NCBI RefSeq assembly: GCF_030144855.1
Contig: NC_082708.1
Location: forward strand, 159,526,001 to 159,590,000
Length of the DNA stretch: 64,000 nucleotides
Reading direction: 5' to 3'
From: Hypanus sabinus
Taxonomy: Eukaryota
Shown: positions 10,929 through 22,800 of the stretch, in pieces
How positions within the stretch are numbered: the first letter of the stretch is position 1
How the letters are laid out: each line of letters opens with the position of its first letter
Made by a program: the position numbers and the translations under genes
The notes under the pieces: generated by a model
The model's input: the letters and a program-made list of their open reading frames with translations, nothing else
Told to the model about the DNA's origin: nothing
Database searches by the model: none

Positions 10929-12864
10929 CTGTAGAAAAGAAAACCACAATTATTTTGGTTTGTTTATAATACAAGCACACAGCAATTTTTCAAAATGAAA
11001 CAAGTTTAAAGTTTAGAATGCTCAAGTGTTAGAAGAACCACCAAAGACCTTATATTCAGTAAATGGTTAGCTTAGTTAATTATTTGGAGACACTATGCAA
11101 AATCAGTTTTAAACACTTGCAATCATGACTGCATATTCTTTATGCATTAACATCAACAACCTAGAGCTCCAAGTTTAATGGTATTGCTTGTATTTTAGAT
11201 AAATTTGTGGGGGGGGGGGGTAAATGATGGACCAAATCTGTGACTCTGACCCTCTTCCTTGTAAGTAAAGGAGATTTAAGAAAAACCACAGCATAACCAC
11301 ACATATGTGAAAACTCTGCTGTCTTTTGTTTGCAATTCAGTTGCTGTGACTCTTTTGGCTTTTCACAGAATGTGGCTGACAGCTGCATTCATTCTTCTCT
11401 CACTTTGCACATGTCATCACAGTGGAAGTGGCTTGATTTAGAAGGGAACTGACCTGCGAAAGGATTTGCACATAATTTAAAACTGGAGACATGGGGCTCA
11501 ATGAACAGGTGAACTAGGCTGAATAAACAGTGCAGAGGGGCAGGAACAGCAGAACTTTAGTTAACTTTATCTACCCACCCATGGGTGGAAGAGCATCTCC
11601 TGTTAAGTGTTACATACCATGATACAGAAGCCATTTCTCAGCATTCTCTGCTTGCAAAAAGTGATTCGCTAATTTCAATGGACCACATATTTAAAAGGCA
11701 TCACAGTGTAGTTGTGGTTTTATTATGGGTTTCACACCAGCAACTAAAAACATTGTTTCATTCCCTTCATTGTGAAGATTAGAAAGACAAGCATGAAAAC
11801 TCCAAACAACACCATATACAAAGGTATGACCACACTAAGACCCACACCTTGAGAAGTATGGAGTTAACTAGAACAAGCAAAGCATCAGGTCCAATCTACC
11901 CAACGTTTAACTGAATGAAATTAAGACTGATTGAGAGGGGATGCAAAATAAGCAGAAAGGGAGTGAGAAGGAATAAATCAATAACTTTTAGGTATGGCAC
12001 AAAGCAATTAAATTTTATCCCAAAGATATTGTTTACACACTGCATCCATCATCAAAGAAATTTAAAGTTAAGCCTAACAGTGAAACTAGCTATCATTATC
12101 ATAAAATAAAAACAGTAAAATTATTCAAATTCTGGATCTGAATAAGAAATTAAAACAGCATGCCTTGCAAATGTACTTCAAAAATGTCACCAAAAATACA
12201 ACATCAAATTCTGTCTACGTCCAACTTGACAAGTAGATTACAGCACTGGGAACAATAACTGCCCCCCTCCCTTCAATATTCCCCATTCACGTTTTCCTCT
12301 CTCACCTTATCTCCGTACCTGCCCATCATCTCCCTCTGGTGCCCTTCCCCCTTCCCTTTCGTCCATGGCCTTCTGTCTTCTCCTATCAGATTCCCCCTTC
12401 TCTGGGCCCTTGTCTCTTTCACCAATCAAATTCTCTACTTCACCCCTCCCCCTCTCCTGGTTTCACCTATCATGTACTACCTTGTGTTTCTTCCCCCCCC
12501 TCCCCCCCAACCTTCTTACTCTGACTTTTCATAATTTTTCCTCCAGTCATGATGAAGGGTCTCAACCTGGAAAGTTGACTGTTTACTCTTTAACATAAAT
12601 GTGGCCTAGCCCGCTGAATTCTTCTAGTATTTTGTGTGTGTTGCTTGGACTTCCAGCAACTGCAGATTTTCTCTTGTTTGTGACAATGACTGTTTCATTC
12701 AGCTTCCATGTAAAAGTGCAGTAAAGTGTACATCAGAGAATAGCTGAAATCTTTGTTTGCATCAAAGTGCTGAGACAAAGCATTATCATCATACATTTTA
12801 ACTGACAGTAAATTCAGGCAACTTTCTCTTAGCAATTTAATAAAACTTTACTTACATCTGCCAT
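10894..12864 (-). CDS. LAMTOR3: Ragulator complex protein LAMTOR3 (MP1), 5' partial CDS: join(12856-12864, 10894-10928); further exons not found in the window
   Basis: ATGGCAGAT|gtaag, then tacag|GACTTGAAGAGATACCTTTATAAACAGTTGCCTAG|gtaaa, giving MAD/DLKRYLYKQLP(S), which matches the LAMTOR3 N-terminus MADDLKRFLYKKLPS; downstream of DNAJB14 as in other vertebrates. Confidence 0.9.
12262..12682 (+). mobile_element. Penelope-like 3' fragment (pyrimidine-rich UTR plus decayed hammerhead)
   Basis: Homologous to 1108-1480; cagtc-ATGATGA-agggtctc..GAAA-gtt-gactg at 12544-12581; near-perfect TSD acaataactg/acaatgactg. Confidence 0.7.
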
Positions 12865-12891
12865 CTTTATTCACACACGGTAAACTCAATT
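12856..12891 (-). CDS. LAMTOR3: LAMTOR3 exon 2 (5'UTR plus MAD; CDS 12856-12864)
   Basis: Polypyrimidine tract ending tttcag| at 12892; donor gtaagt. Confidence 0.85.
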
Positions 12892-13834
12892 CTGAAACAA
12901 AAAGAGAGCATTTTCTATATTTCTTTCTTGGAATTACATAACCTACGTTCACTCATCAACTAATCAATAAGGACAGAAACAGAGTGCAAGAACTTAACTT
13001 CAAAGGAACAATATTCCGATGTTGAGTTCAGCAATGAAAGCAAGTTTGGAAAAACAGAATAGTTTACTTGTGATTTGTTGCCTATGTACCTTGCAAACAT
13101 CTCACTGCTCAATCACTTGTAGATGTGCTCCTTCAATTCCAATTTCAGTCAACTTGTTTCCCAAAGCTCTAGAAATTTTCCTGCCCTCCCAAACTTCTCC
13201 TTTTAGATGTTCTGAATAAATGCCTACTAGAAAAAATACAGAAAAAGCCTAACCATCTTAGTGTCAAATTTTATTTGCTAACACCTTCTACAGAAGTGCC
13301 TTAAAATCATACATTATAGGCGCTACACAAGTGCAAGTTGCCATAGTCTCACAAATAGGTCATATATTTTCTTGCTTGTTCCTGCTATCTCCCCTATTAG
13401 GGTGGCTTTATGCCAATGGCCAAGGTTTCCTTCAAAAGATCCAGGATTATCCCATCTCAGTTCACTTATCCTTTCATTCATCCACCTTACTGAAGTGCTG
13501 GAATAGGTTAATCCTAGCACAACTTCTTTCAAATTTCTCCTGTGCTGTATCTGTGGAATCCATTGCCACTGATGGCAATGGAGGCCAAGTCATTGGGTAT
13601 ATTTAAACTGGAGTTTGATACTGTTGGCTCTTGATTAATTAGGGTGTCAAAGGATACAGGGAGAATGCAGGAAATTGGGGCTCAGAGGGATAATAAATTA
13701 GTCCTGACAGAATGGCAAAGCAGACTTGGTGAGCCAATTGGCCTAACTCTGAACCTATGTCTTATGTGCACTACTGCTAATTTAAACATAAAGCACAAAA
13801 TGTATTAATTGGAAACATTTGAGTACTGCAAAAT

Positions 13835-14105
13835 GGTGACACAGTAGCATAGTGGTTAACACAGTGCAGCACCGGCAACCCAGGTTCAATTCCTGCATCT
13901 GCCTGTAAGGAGATTGGACATTCTCCCTGTGACTGCGTGTGGGTTTCCTCTGGGTGCTTCGGTTTCCTCCCACAGTCCAAAGACTACCAGTTGGCAGGTT
14001 AATTGGTCACTGTAAAGTGTCCCATGATAAGACTAGGATTAAATCAGGGGATTGATGGGTGGCGCAGCTCAAAGGGACTTATTCCTCATTGTATCACAAT
14101 AAATA
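13835..14105 (+). mobile_element. tRNA-derived V-domain SINE (HE1-like)
   Basis: A box tagcatagtgg; B box ggttcaattcc; V-like core gtgggtttcctctgggtgcttcggtttcctcccaca; AT-rich tail. Confidence 0.75.
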
Positions 14106-15236
14106 TACTAGGAAAGTGAGGAATTAAATATCATTTCATACACTTAATATACATTATGACAATTACTTACAAATATAAAGGAATTAATATGGTAAACATC
14201 CCAAAACACTTAATATGATTGTTAAAAATACTAACCAACAAGTGACACTGAAATAATCTGACTTGTGTAAAGCTTGGTCAAGTGGGAAGGATTTAAAACA
14301 GAAGTTTGGTGTTGAAATTCCAGAAACCCTTAGTTTCTACTATTTTTGCTGCAACTACAATGTGAAAGTGCAAGAGGCCATAACTAAGAATGTATAAAGC
14401 TGAGGGACTGTGAGGCTGGGTAAGTGACTGAAGTCAAAATAGGAGAACCCAATTGGAGATTTATACTGGGAATTTCAGGGAGATGAAATGGGTGGGTAAG
14501 CACAGGATTAACACGTGAACAGGACTTATCAAAGTTAGGACATTTTGGATAAGCTCAGAAGCTGGGAAAATGCACAGAAAAAGTCAAGTTCAGGAGGAAA
14601 TTAACCCCTTGTAATAATACTAAAAAATATAGCTAAACCAAAGTATAAATGAGGGTTTGGAATCACAAATCACAAAATCTACTAAAATTATTAAATCAAA
14701 AATTATATTCATAAAAATAATTATATCAAAAATTTGCATTTACATGGCACATACTTTAGTATCAGAAAAATGTGTCGCGCATGGACTAAAAGCAAATGGT
14801 CAAATAGGTGGTCAACAATTAGGTTAACGAAAGAATTTCTGCAGCCCCGGGCCCAAATTACGTTGGGAAAAAAAGTGAAAGGAAAGTTAGCTCCAAAATT
14901 CAAATTATCTACAAACTCTGTAATGGTGATCTTGACGAGGTGGGGATTGTCCGGGACGGGGCGTGGATAAGATGTACTGGGTGGTGTGCAGTGGGATAGG
15001 AGTTGGGGAAACAGAAATGAGTGAAAATCCCGGGGAAGGTATCCTGATGAGTTATCCCGGGCTGAGTTTTTGCAGGAGGGTGTATGGGAAAGCGCCTCTC
15101 AGAGGCTACTTCATGGGGTGGTAGGGCTGGGGGAGGCAGCCCCGAGGGAAGAGAAGGGGCTCAGGTCCCACGGAACAGGGTGGGAGTGGAGGTGACGGTC
15201 GCGGTCCCAGACATTGGGGCCGGGGCTGAGCGGCCG

Positions 15237-15577
15237 CTCACGTGACTGCAGTCGGCTGATCATCGCCTGGGGTTACTGGAAGCTTCTATCGAATAGCCGG
15301 TTGTCTTACCGCCCCCCACCCAGCCAGCTCACTCTCGGATGGAACCCCAGGGACGGAAAGTTGTCCCTGGCTCCGGCCGCTCGGGCCGTCTACCCCCGTC
15401 GGCCCTCCCGGTTACCTGAGGCAGATCCAAACGCTCGAGCTCCTCCCACCGATCTCTCACAGCGGAACTGCTCTGCTGGCCTCTTCTCGGCACAGCATTG
15501 GCCAGGGGTCACGTGACGGGGCGGGGCTTACTCTCGTGTCACGTGGTGATGTAGGGCGCTCCCTTGCGTCACGTGAC
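15237..15577 (-). promoter_or_regulatory. LAMTOR3 CpG-island promoter with clustered CLEAR/E-boxes
   Basis: GTCACGTGAC at 15508-15517 and 15568-15577; GTCACGTGG 15538-15546; CTCACGTGAC 15237-15246; GC box 15518-15527; CCAAT (-) 15497-15501. Confidence 0.8.
15416..15480 (-). other. LAMTOR3: Probable non-coding exon 1 of LAMTOR3 (5' end approximate)
   Basis: CTCAG|gtaacc donor at 15415 inside a CpG island, just downstream of the promoter motifs. Confidence 0.6.
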
Positions 15578-17204
15578 AGAGCCTGCGTATCGGTGTCAGT
15601 ATCTGGCCGTCGTTGCCTGGTTTCTTGCGTGTTCCCATATCTACACACTATTACCAAAGATTTGCACATTGCTGACGACAACTGGCCACTGATATCGAGA
15701 CTGTGCTACTCGGCAGCATACTTGGCTTCTGCCTCAGGTCGTTTAGCCAGCAGTGAAGACTTGTAAAATCTCCCATTTCCCTCTTCTTCAAATCTTACTC
15801 CTTTTATAAATAAAACAGTCCTGATAAAGCGAGTTTATTCATCTCCATGCACACTGCCTGACCTGAATTCCTTCAGCAGTTTGTGTGTGGTGCTCCAGAT
15901 TAGCACCTGCAGAATCTCGTGTTTATTAAGCCCCCATTTCCACTATTACCCTGTAGCACCAACATTTATCCTTAGGTTGAGACCGAAGCTGCTCACAAGA
16001 CTTCAGTTGGGGGGGGGGGGGGGGTTGTCACAAATGCTCCGTGCATCTGCAGCACGATACTTTACTCTTGCGATGGAGATCTGAGACTACAGATGCTGGA
16101 ATTTGGAGCAACTAACAATCTGCCGGAGGAACAGTGGGTCAAGCACTATCAGTGGAAATTCCCTACCTTCCACAGTGCTGTTCAACCTTCGAGATCCTTC
16201 AAGAGTGTTTCTTCATTCCTCTCCTTCACTGCCTGCTTCACCTGAACACTTGCTTTAAGTGACTGGATTTTAATGAAGTCTGTCTCATGTATCACCCCTT
16301 TTCCCCAGTTTATCATAATCCCTGAATAATGATGTTGTTGGAGCCAGAATCAGTGGCTACCCATTTAGAACAGGATTTTACCCCTTCGAGAGTCAACTGC
16401 CCTAGAGAACAGTGAGAATTAGATTTAGTAGAGGTGGTAGAATCAAACACAATCACTACATTAGAGAGACATTTAGGCAGGCATTTGCTTAACTAAAGCA
16501 TAGGATACAGCCCTAATGTGCATAAACATAGCCTTTCCACCTATGGTCTGTGCTGACCATAATGCCAAGTTTAACTGCATGTTTGCATTTATTTAAATGT
16601 CTCTTAAGTAACACTATCATATTGCTTCCACCATCTCCCATGGTAGCACACCCCAGGTACCTATAACTGTGTAAAAAGAGCCTCGTAAATCTTCAACTGT
16701 CTCCCTCTCATCATAAACCTATGCCCTCTACTAATTATTTCCACCCTGGGGAATAAAAAGACACTGTTCCTACCTAGGTGTTCCAGGCTTTATGAACTAT
16801 CACATCACCCCTCAGCCTCCGACACCCCAGAGAAAACTGTTCAATTTTCTCCAATTCAGGCAGTAGCTGTGACACTGGGTATAGCACCTTCACTTAGTAA
16901 CCTTGTGGGGTAGCAAGGATCTGGTAGGCCAAATGGCCTGTTTCTTGTGCTGCAGAGCTCCATAACCCAAAATGCAGAGGATCAATAGGCATTTCCACTA
17001 AAGGAGTCAAAAGATGGGGGGGGGGGGGGGAAATGAGTGATGCTGAGGTCAAGAGTGATCTTGTTGAATGGCGAAGTTGGCTGATTTGACTACTCCTAAC
17101 GTTATTCTAAGAATTTTGCAAGATCCAGGATAAATTGATTGTGTGCCCCCTCATCAGAACAAGCCCAGACTCAAAGCCATCCAGTTTACACACTTAAAAT
17201 AACT

Positions 17205-17210
17205 TTTATT
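17205..17210 (-). terminator. Candidate distal polyadenylation signal of DNAJB14 (a proximal AATAAA also lies at 19650-19655)
   Basis: tttatt on + strand at the end of an AT-rich UTR-like stretch, followed by GT-rich sequence on the minus strand. Confidence 0.5.
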
Positions 17211-19160
17211 TGATGCAGTTAAGAGAAAGGTACATTAAATATATATTACAATCAGCAATTCAAATGTGCAATTAGAATCTCAGTCGTTTCTACTAATTTC
17301 ACTAAAACAAGAAGAGGAGCCTCGTTTGTTTAGAATTTCTAATGATTAGGAATGATTCAGAATTGGTTAATACTTGGAAAGCAAGAGGATTAAGTGTCTG
17401 ATTTTGAGTACAGTACAGCAAATGTCAGTTCTTTAGCTCAAGTATCTACAGGATCAGTTGGGTGAAGCAACTAATTGTAATATCTCCTTGGTAACAAGAG
17501 ATTGCTGGATTATGGCACAATGACCATAAACAAGAAGATGGAGGAACTCAGCAGGTCACGCAGCAACTGAGAGACAACCAAAGTTTCAGGAGGAGACCCT
17601 TTTGAAACATCAACCATCTAATTCCCTCCACAGACGCCACCTGACCGAGTTTCTCCAGCTTTTTGTCTAAAGTCTCCACATTGTCCAATGATACAAATCC
17701 AAAACGTATTCTCCAAGGATACATTGGCTCTAAATAGATAGCAACAATGTCAAAGGACAAGTTGATGGCAAATGGAATATGAGCTTTTCCACTTTCACTG
17801 TTAAAATAGCACATAAGATTTTCTTTCTTTTTTCTTTAAACAGCAAAGCTGGGAACTGAGAGTGTTCAGAGGGACCAACATTCTCGATACAATAAAAATA
17901 CCAGAGACTGCAACACTGGTATCTGGGGCAAAAAAAACAGTTGGGAAGATCTCAGTGGATCAGGCAGCATTTGTGGAAGCAAAGGAACGATAAACATTTC
18001 TGGTCACGAGCTTGCATCAGGAAAATTAACATGCAGGGTAACAAGTAATTTGGAAAGGCAATGGATGTCGGACTTCTATTGCAGGTGATTGGAAGAACAA
18101 GAATAAAATATATATATTACAATAATCACAGTTAAGACCAAACTGCAGTTACATGCAGCTGATCTTATAACTGAGGAAGGGCCTACTTGACTTAGTGGAG
18201 AGTGTGATGAACGTTTAACAAAGAGAAGCCTGGAGTGGGGGATTCCCTATGTTGTTACAGGAACAATTAACCAGAATGATTTGCCCATGCACCCACCCTC
18301 ATGAGGAATGAATAGCAAGACTAAACCTATATTCCAAAAGAGGCTGAAAGAATGGGAGGTGATCTCACCGAACCAAAAAGTTCGTGGAAGAGGTCTTAAA
18401 ATGCTCGAAGGCTTATTCTGGGCAGAAATGATCAAGAGAATGTCACAGCCTCAAAAGCTCAGCCATTTAGGTGCAAGGTGCAAAGGTATTCCCTCACTCA
18501 GGTGAACGTCCTCAAGGGGACCAAGGTCATCTCTGGCAAGTGCGTGCCAGTTGAGGTAGAAGATCAGGCACAGTCTCACCGAATAGTGAAGCAGACTCCA
18601 CAGGCTGCTCCTTCTCCGGTTCCCATTTATCACCAGCTTCGGATACTTCTGTGGTCTGAATTAAAGTACCTGCAAAGCATTAGCTGTGCATGAAAAAGGT
18701 GTAAAATTTTATACGTGACGATAGGCCATTGAGTTATGTTGAGACTGGGCGTGCAGAGGAGAGATACATTTACCAGTTGCAAGTCAATCCATTAGAGGGG
18801 GCAGTCAGATATTTCATTTCAGAAATCATGTCCTGTTCCCTCACCTTGCTCAGTCTCCCCCGCACACAACACAGTGCACAAATTCTAATTTGCACAGGGA
18901 GTTTCCTTCATGAATTTATATACATCTGTTATCTTTAGACACGGCTCAATAGAAACAAAAGGCAGCTCTCAAGAATACATCACGACTGTACAATATTCAC
19001 AAATCAAGAGGCTAATGTACTGTTATACATGCATCAGTGGACATTATTCTCAAGAACATCTACATAATCCTTAATATAAGGAGTACGTCATTATAATCAC
19101 CTCATTGTTTACTGAAACTAGCAAGTGACAAAATTGGTCAATGAATTCATCTCATCAAAA

Positions 19161-19343
19161 CAAATCTCCATGTCTCAAAAAGGGATTTATCTACAATTGC
19201 AGGACATTTTAACCAAGGAATGCATTAAAATCCATCAAGAATGTGTACCAGAATTAGATTACTTTGTCAAGAGTCACTATATTTCAAAAGTACAAAATCT
19301 AAACCGAGAGTCAGGAAAGTCTTTTCAACTACACAAAGACAGT
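19161..19343 (+). repeat. Copy A of a ~183-bp direct repeat (DNAJB14 3' region)
   Basis: Shares caaatctcca, caggacatt, attactttgtcaagagtcacta and agtacaaaatctaaac with 20493-20675. Confidence 0.85.
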
Positions 19344-19735
19344 TATGGATTGGGTTCATTAGCTCAGTTGGTATATGGGGTCCAACTTGTGTGAACATCA
19401 ACACAAGCACTCGGCTGAATTAAAAATGGAGACCCAATGCTCATAAAACCCATGATATTAGCTGACATTAGTTGTATAGACTATAGTCATGTGCTTTTTT
19501 AAAAAGCTAATCTAGAATACACTGTATTGTATACAATAAAGTGAAGGGGGGTCACATGCACACACAGCCATCACAGATTGCTTTGGCTATAATCAGACAC
19601 TCATGTAATCAGTCCAAAGGGCAGGGCTTTCAAGGTTACAAGACTTAGATTTATTCTTTTTAAAATAATGATAAATTGAAATGTCTCCCTGTACAATAAA
19701 CATTTAAATTAAAAGGCAAGACCTTGTAGCCCAGC

Positions 19736-19860
19736 TCAGCCTCCTCGATACAATTCATTTAGTTTTGCTAGCTTCTCACAACTTTCCATCTTCATAAGCT
19801 CCGCTTTCTTTCGAAGGCGATCATCTCGGTACACCTTGGCCGCATAAAGATAGTCATTTC
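19736..19860 (-). CDS. DNAJB14: DNAJB14 exon 8 coding part
   Basis: aag|GAAATGAC...GGAGGCTGA; 125 nt; [41 protein letters not shown]. Confidence 0.95.
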
Positions 19861-22800
19861 CTTTCACAGAAATAGCACAAAATTAGTACAAAGACCAGCA
19901 ATGATGGATATTGAGAAAACTCTTCACGAGATGTTCATGATTAAGAGTAGAGTGATGTGGTGAAGAAATTTCTGGAGTCTGGAGAACAGTGTATAGAACA
20001 GAGCAGGATGTTCATTCAACTCTTTTTCTACCTCTGCCTTATCCGAACCCTTTACCACAGCCTTCTAATTCCACACAGGAACATGTACATAATGCACTTT
20101 CAATAATGGACTCACTTTCAACTTGACTCCACAATTTGTGTTCACGGTACTATTTATTGTTAGCTTTTTTATATCGGCACAGTCTGTCTTCCTTTGCACA
20201 TTATTTCTTTGTCAGTAGTGTTTAATCGATTCTTGTGCATTTTGTGAATGCCCCCAAGAAACTGATATGGGGGTATTCGGCCAGCCGGTGGGGTAGCGGA
20301 AGTGGCCCCGAGTTCAAATCTAGCTGGCTTCTTGCACGTGCTGGTTTGAGTGTTGAGCTGGCCACTCGGCCCCAAACAGGCAAAAGCGCTAGTGAAGAGG
20401 CAAGGTTGAAACCCGGTGTGTGGAAAGGAACAAGCCATTATAATCATCTCACTGCTTAAACCAACGAGGACAAGAAAAGATTACTGAAGTACCAAATCTC
20501 CACATCTCCAAAATGGATGTACCTATCCTTTCAGGACATTATAAACAAGGAACGCATTAACGTCCATCTCAAGAACTCACTAGAATTACATTACTTTGTC
20601 AAGAGTCACTAAATGTTTCACAAGTACAAAATCTAAACAGAATTAGTAAAGTCTCTTCAACCACACACAGAAAGTGCATTTTATCAATGTGTCTGTATGT
20701 TCTAAATGCTGCATACACCTCTAGACTGTACCCAAAGTGTACTGTTACTGAGGCTGCAGCCATGGTCCACTGGAACAATTCCTATGATGAAAAGGTGTGA
20801 GTAAATAAGATGTTCTGTGGAACTGAGACTGACGTGTGATCTCATTAACACATACCAGACTTTCATCTTGTGGTTGGACAGCCTTGTATCAGGGACTGTG
20901 AAACAAGAAGGACTTAACCATTCATTCATGAAGTTGCAAATCTCTGATTTCCCCACTTCCAAATTCTTGAATATTAAAAGCAAAAATTATCACTTGCCTC
21001 TAAGGGATGTACAGACAGGTGCAGCTGGACTTGAACTGAGGATTGTCGACATTTATTATTTATATATTTATATATTGAGATACAGCATGCAATAGGCCTT
21101 TCAAGTTACACTGCCCAGCAATCCCCTGGATTTAATCTTGACCTGATCACAGGACAATTTACAATGCCCAATGAAATTACCAACTGGTATGTCTTTGGAC
21201 TGTGGGAGGAAACCAGAGCTCCCCGAGGAAACCTACGGGGAGAATACACAAACTCCTTACAGGCAGTGCCAGGAATTGAACCTGGGTCACTGGTACTGTA
21301 AAGTGTTGTGTTAACCACCATCTTAATGGCCAGTAGAGCACTGTGGCTCATTCCTGTTGCCATTAAAATCTTTCTGGATTTTCTTCAATAAATAACATTC
21401 ATGTCAAGCTAAGCTTAACCCCTTTTTTTCCTATTTATTTTCCATTCACAGAATCAAGAGATCGGCACAGGAGGCCATTCAGCCCATCCATCTACTCTGG
21501 CCAAGACTGACTATCCAGAGTAATCTCATTATTCAGATCTGTTTATTGCCCTATAGGCAGCTCTTTCCGCACTACCATTTAGGAGGATGGCGAGGGTTTC
21601 TGCCTCAACATCCCCTTTTAAGCAGCAAGTTGTAGATGCTCCCACTACCACTTGCAAAGAAAGAAAAATTTTCCAACTTCCCCTTTACCTTAAACTGTTA
21701 AATACTCTCTCCAAGTCTCAGTTTTACATATCTCTATTAATTAGAGTCAGGAAACAGGCCTTTCAGCAAGGACCCCTTTACATCACACACCCAGTTGCAC
21801 TGTTACCAGTTTACTCTCCCCAACCAACTCCACACAAAGAGAACTCCACATTCACACACACACAAAGAGAGAAACAGGGATAGAGGGATAATGAGGGGCA
21901 CAAGTGAACATGAATTTCCTGGGCATTAACATAATTGGATGACCTGCCCTGGGCCCAGCAGTCATAAGAAAAACTCACCAGTTTCTTTACGGGCACATCC
22001 CTCCCTACCACTGGTGCTATCTAGGGGAGGCACTGTCTCAGGAGAGAAGTATCCAAAGATCCCCACCATTCAGACATGCCATCTTCTCACAGCTACCGTA
22101 CCACCAAGCAGGAAGTATAGAAGTCCAACGTTACCAGGTTCAAGAACAGCTATTCGGTTCTTAAATGAACCAGCAAAACCCTAATCACTAGAGTTCAGCA
22201 ACACTATGACGACTTTGCTCAAAAATGGACTTACTTGTTCCAATTGTGTCCTATCTTGTAGTAATTGTGGACAATTAATGTGTAACTTAAGTTCTTCTGA
22301 ATGCTTTGTACATGATGTTATGTGTGTGTGGTGCTGCTGCAAGTACATTTTTCATTTTCACTATGCACACAACTCAACCTCTGTCCAGAAAATTTGCTGC
22401 TCTGGATCAAAGTACCAAACTCCAAAAATTCCAACCACCAATTTTACCCTATTCTTCACACCTTGTGTACATTCCCAGATGTATCTTTTTATTGGAACCG
22501 ACCAGATTCCGATTCAGACAAATCACTTCCAATAAATCTTCAGCAGTGTTTCAGGTCTCTGGGTTTAAACTTGATGGAGTTCAGAAAGATATGATGGGGG
22601 AGCAGGAGAAGGGATCTGATTGAAACCTACTGGATATAAAATCCCTGTGGATATGGAAAGGATGTTTCCATTGGTAGCAGAGTCTGGGATCCAATGCCAT
22701 AACCTCAGAATGAAAGGGGTGTCCCTTTGGAATCGAGAAGATAAGGAATTGCTTCAGCCAGAGAGTAATGAATATATTACCATACAGGGTGGTGGAGGCC

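Noticed and set aside
16008-17030. Long poly-G runs (also near 11210, 36903, 55395)
   Set aside because: Simple homopolymers, mostly inside decayed TEs; length unreliable and no evidence of function
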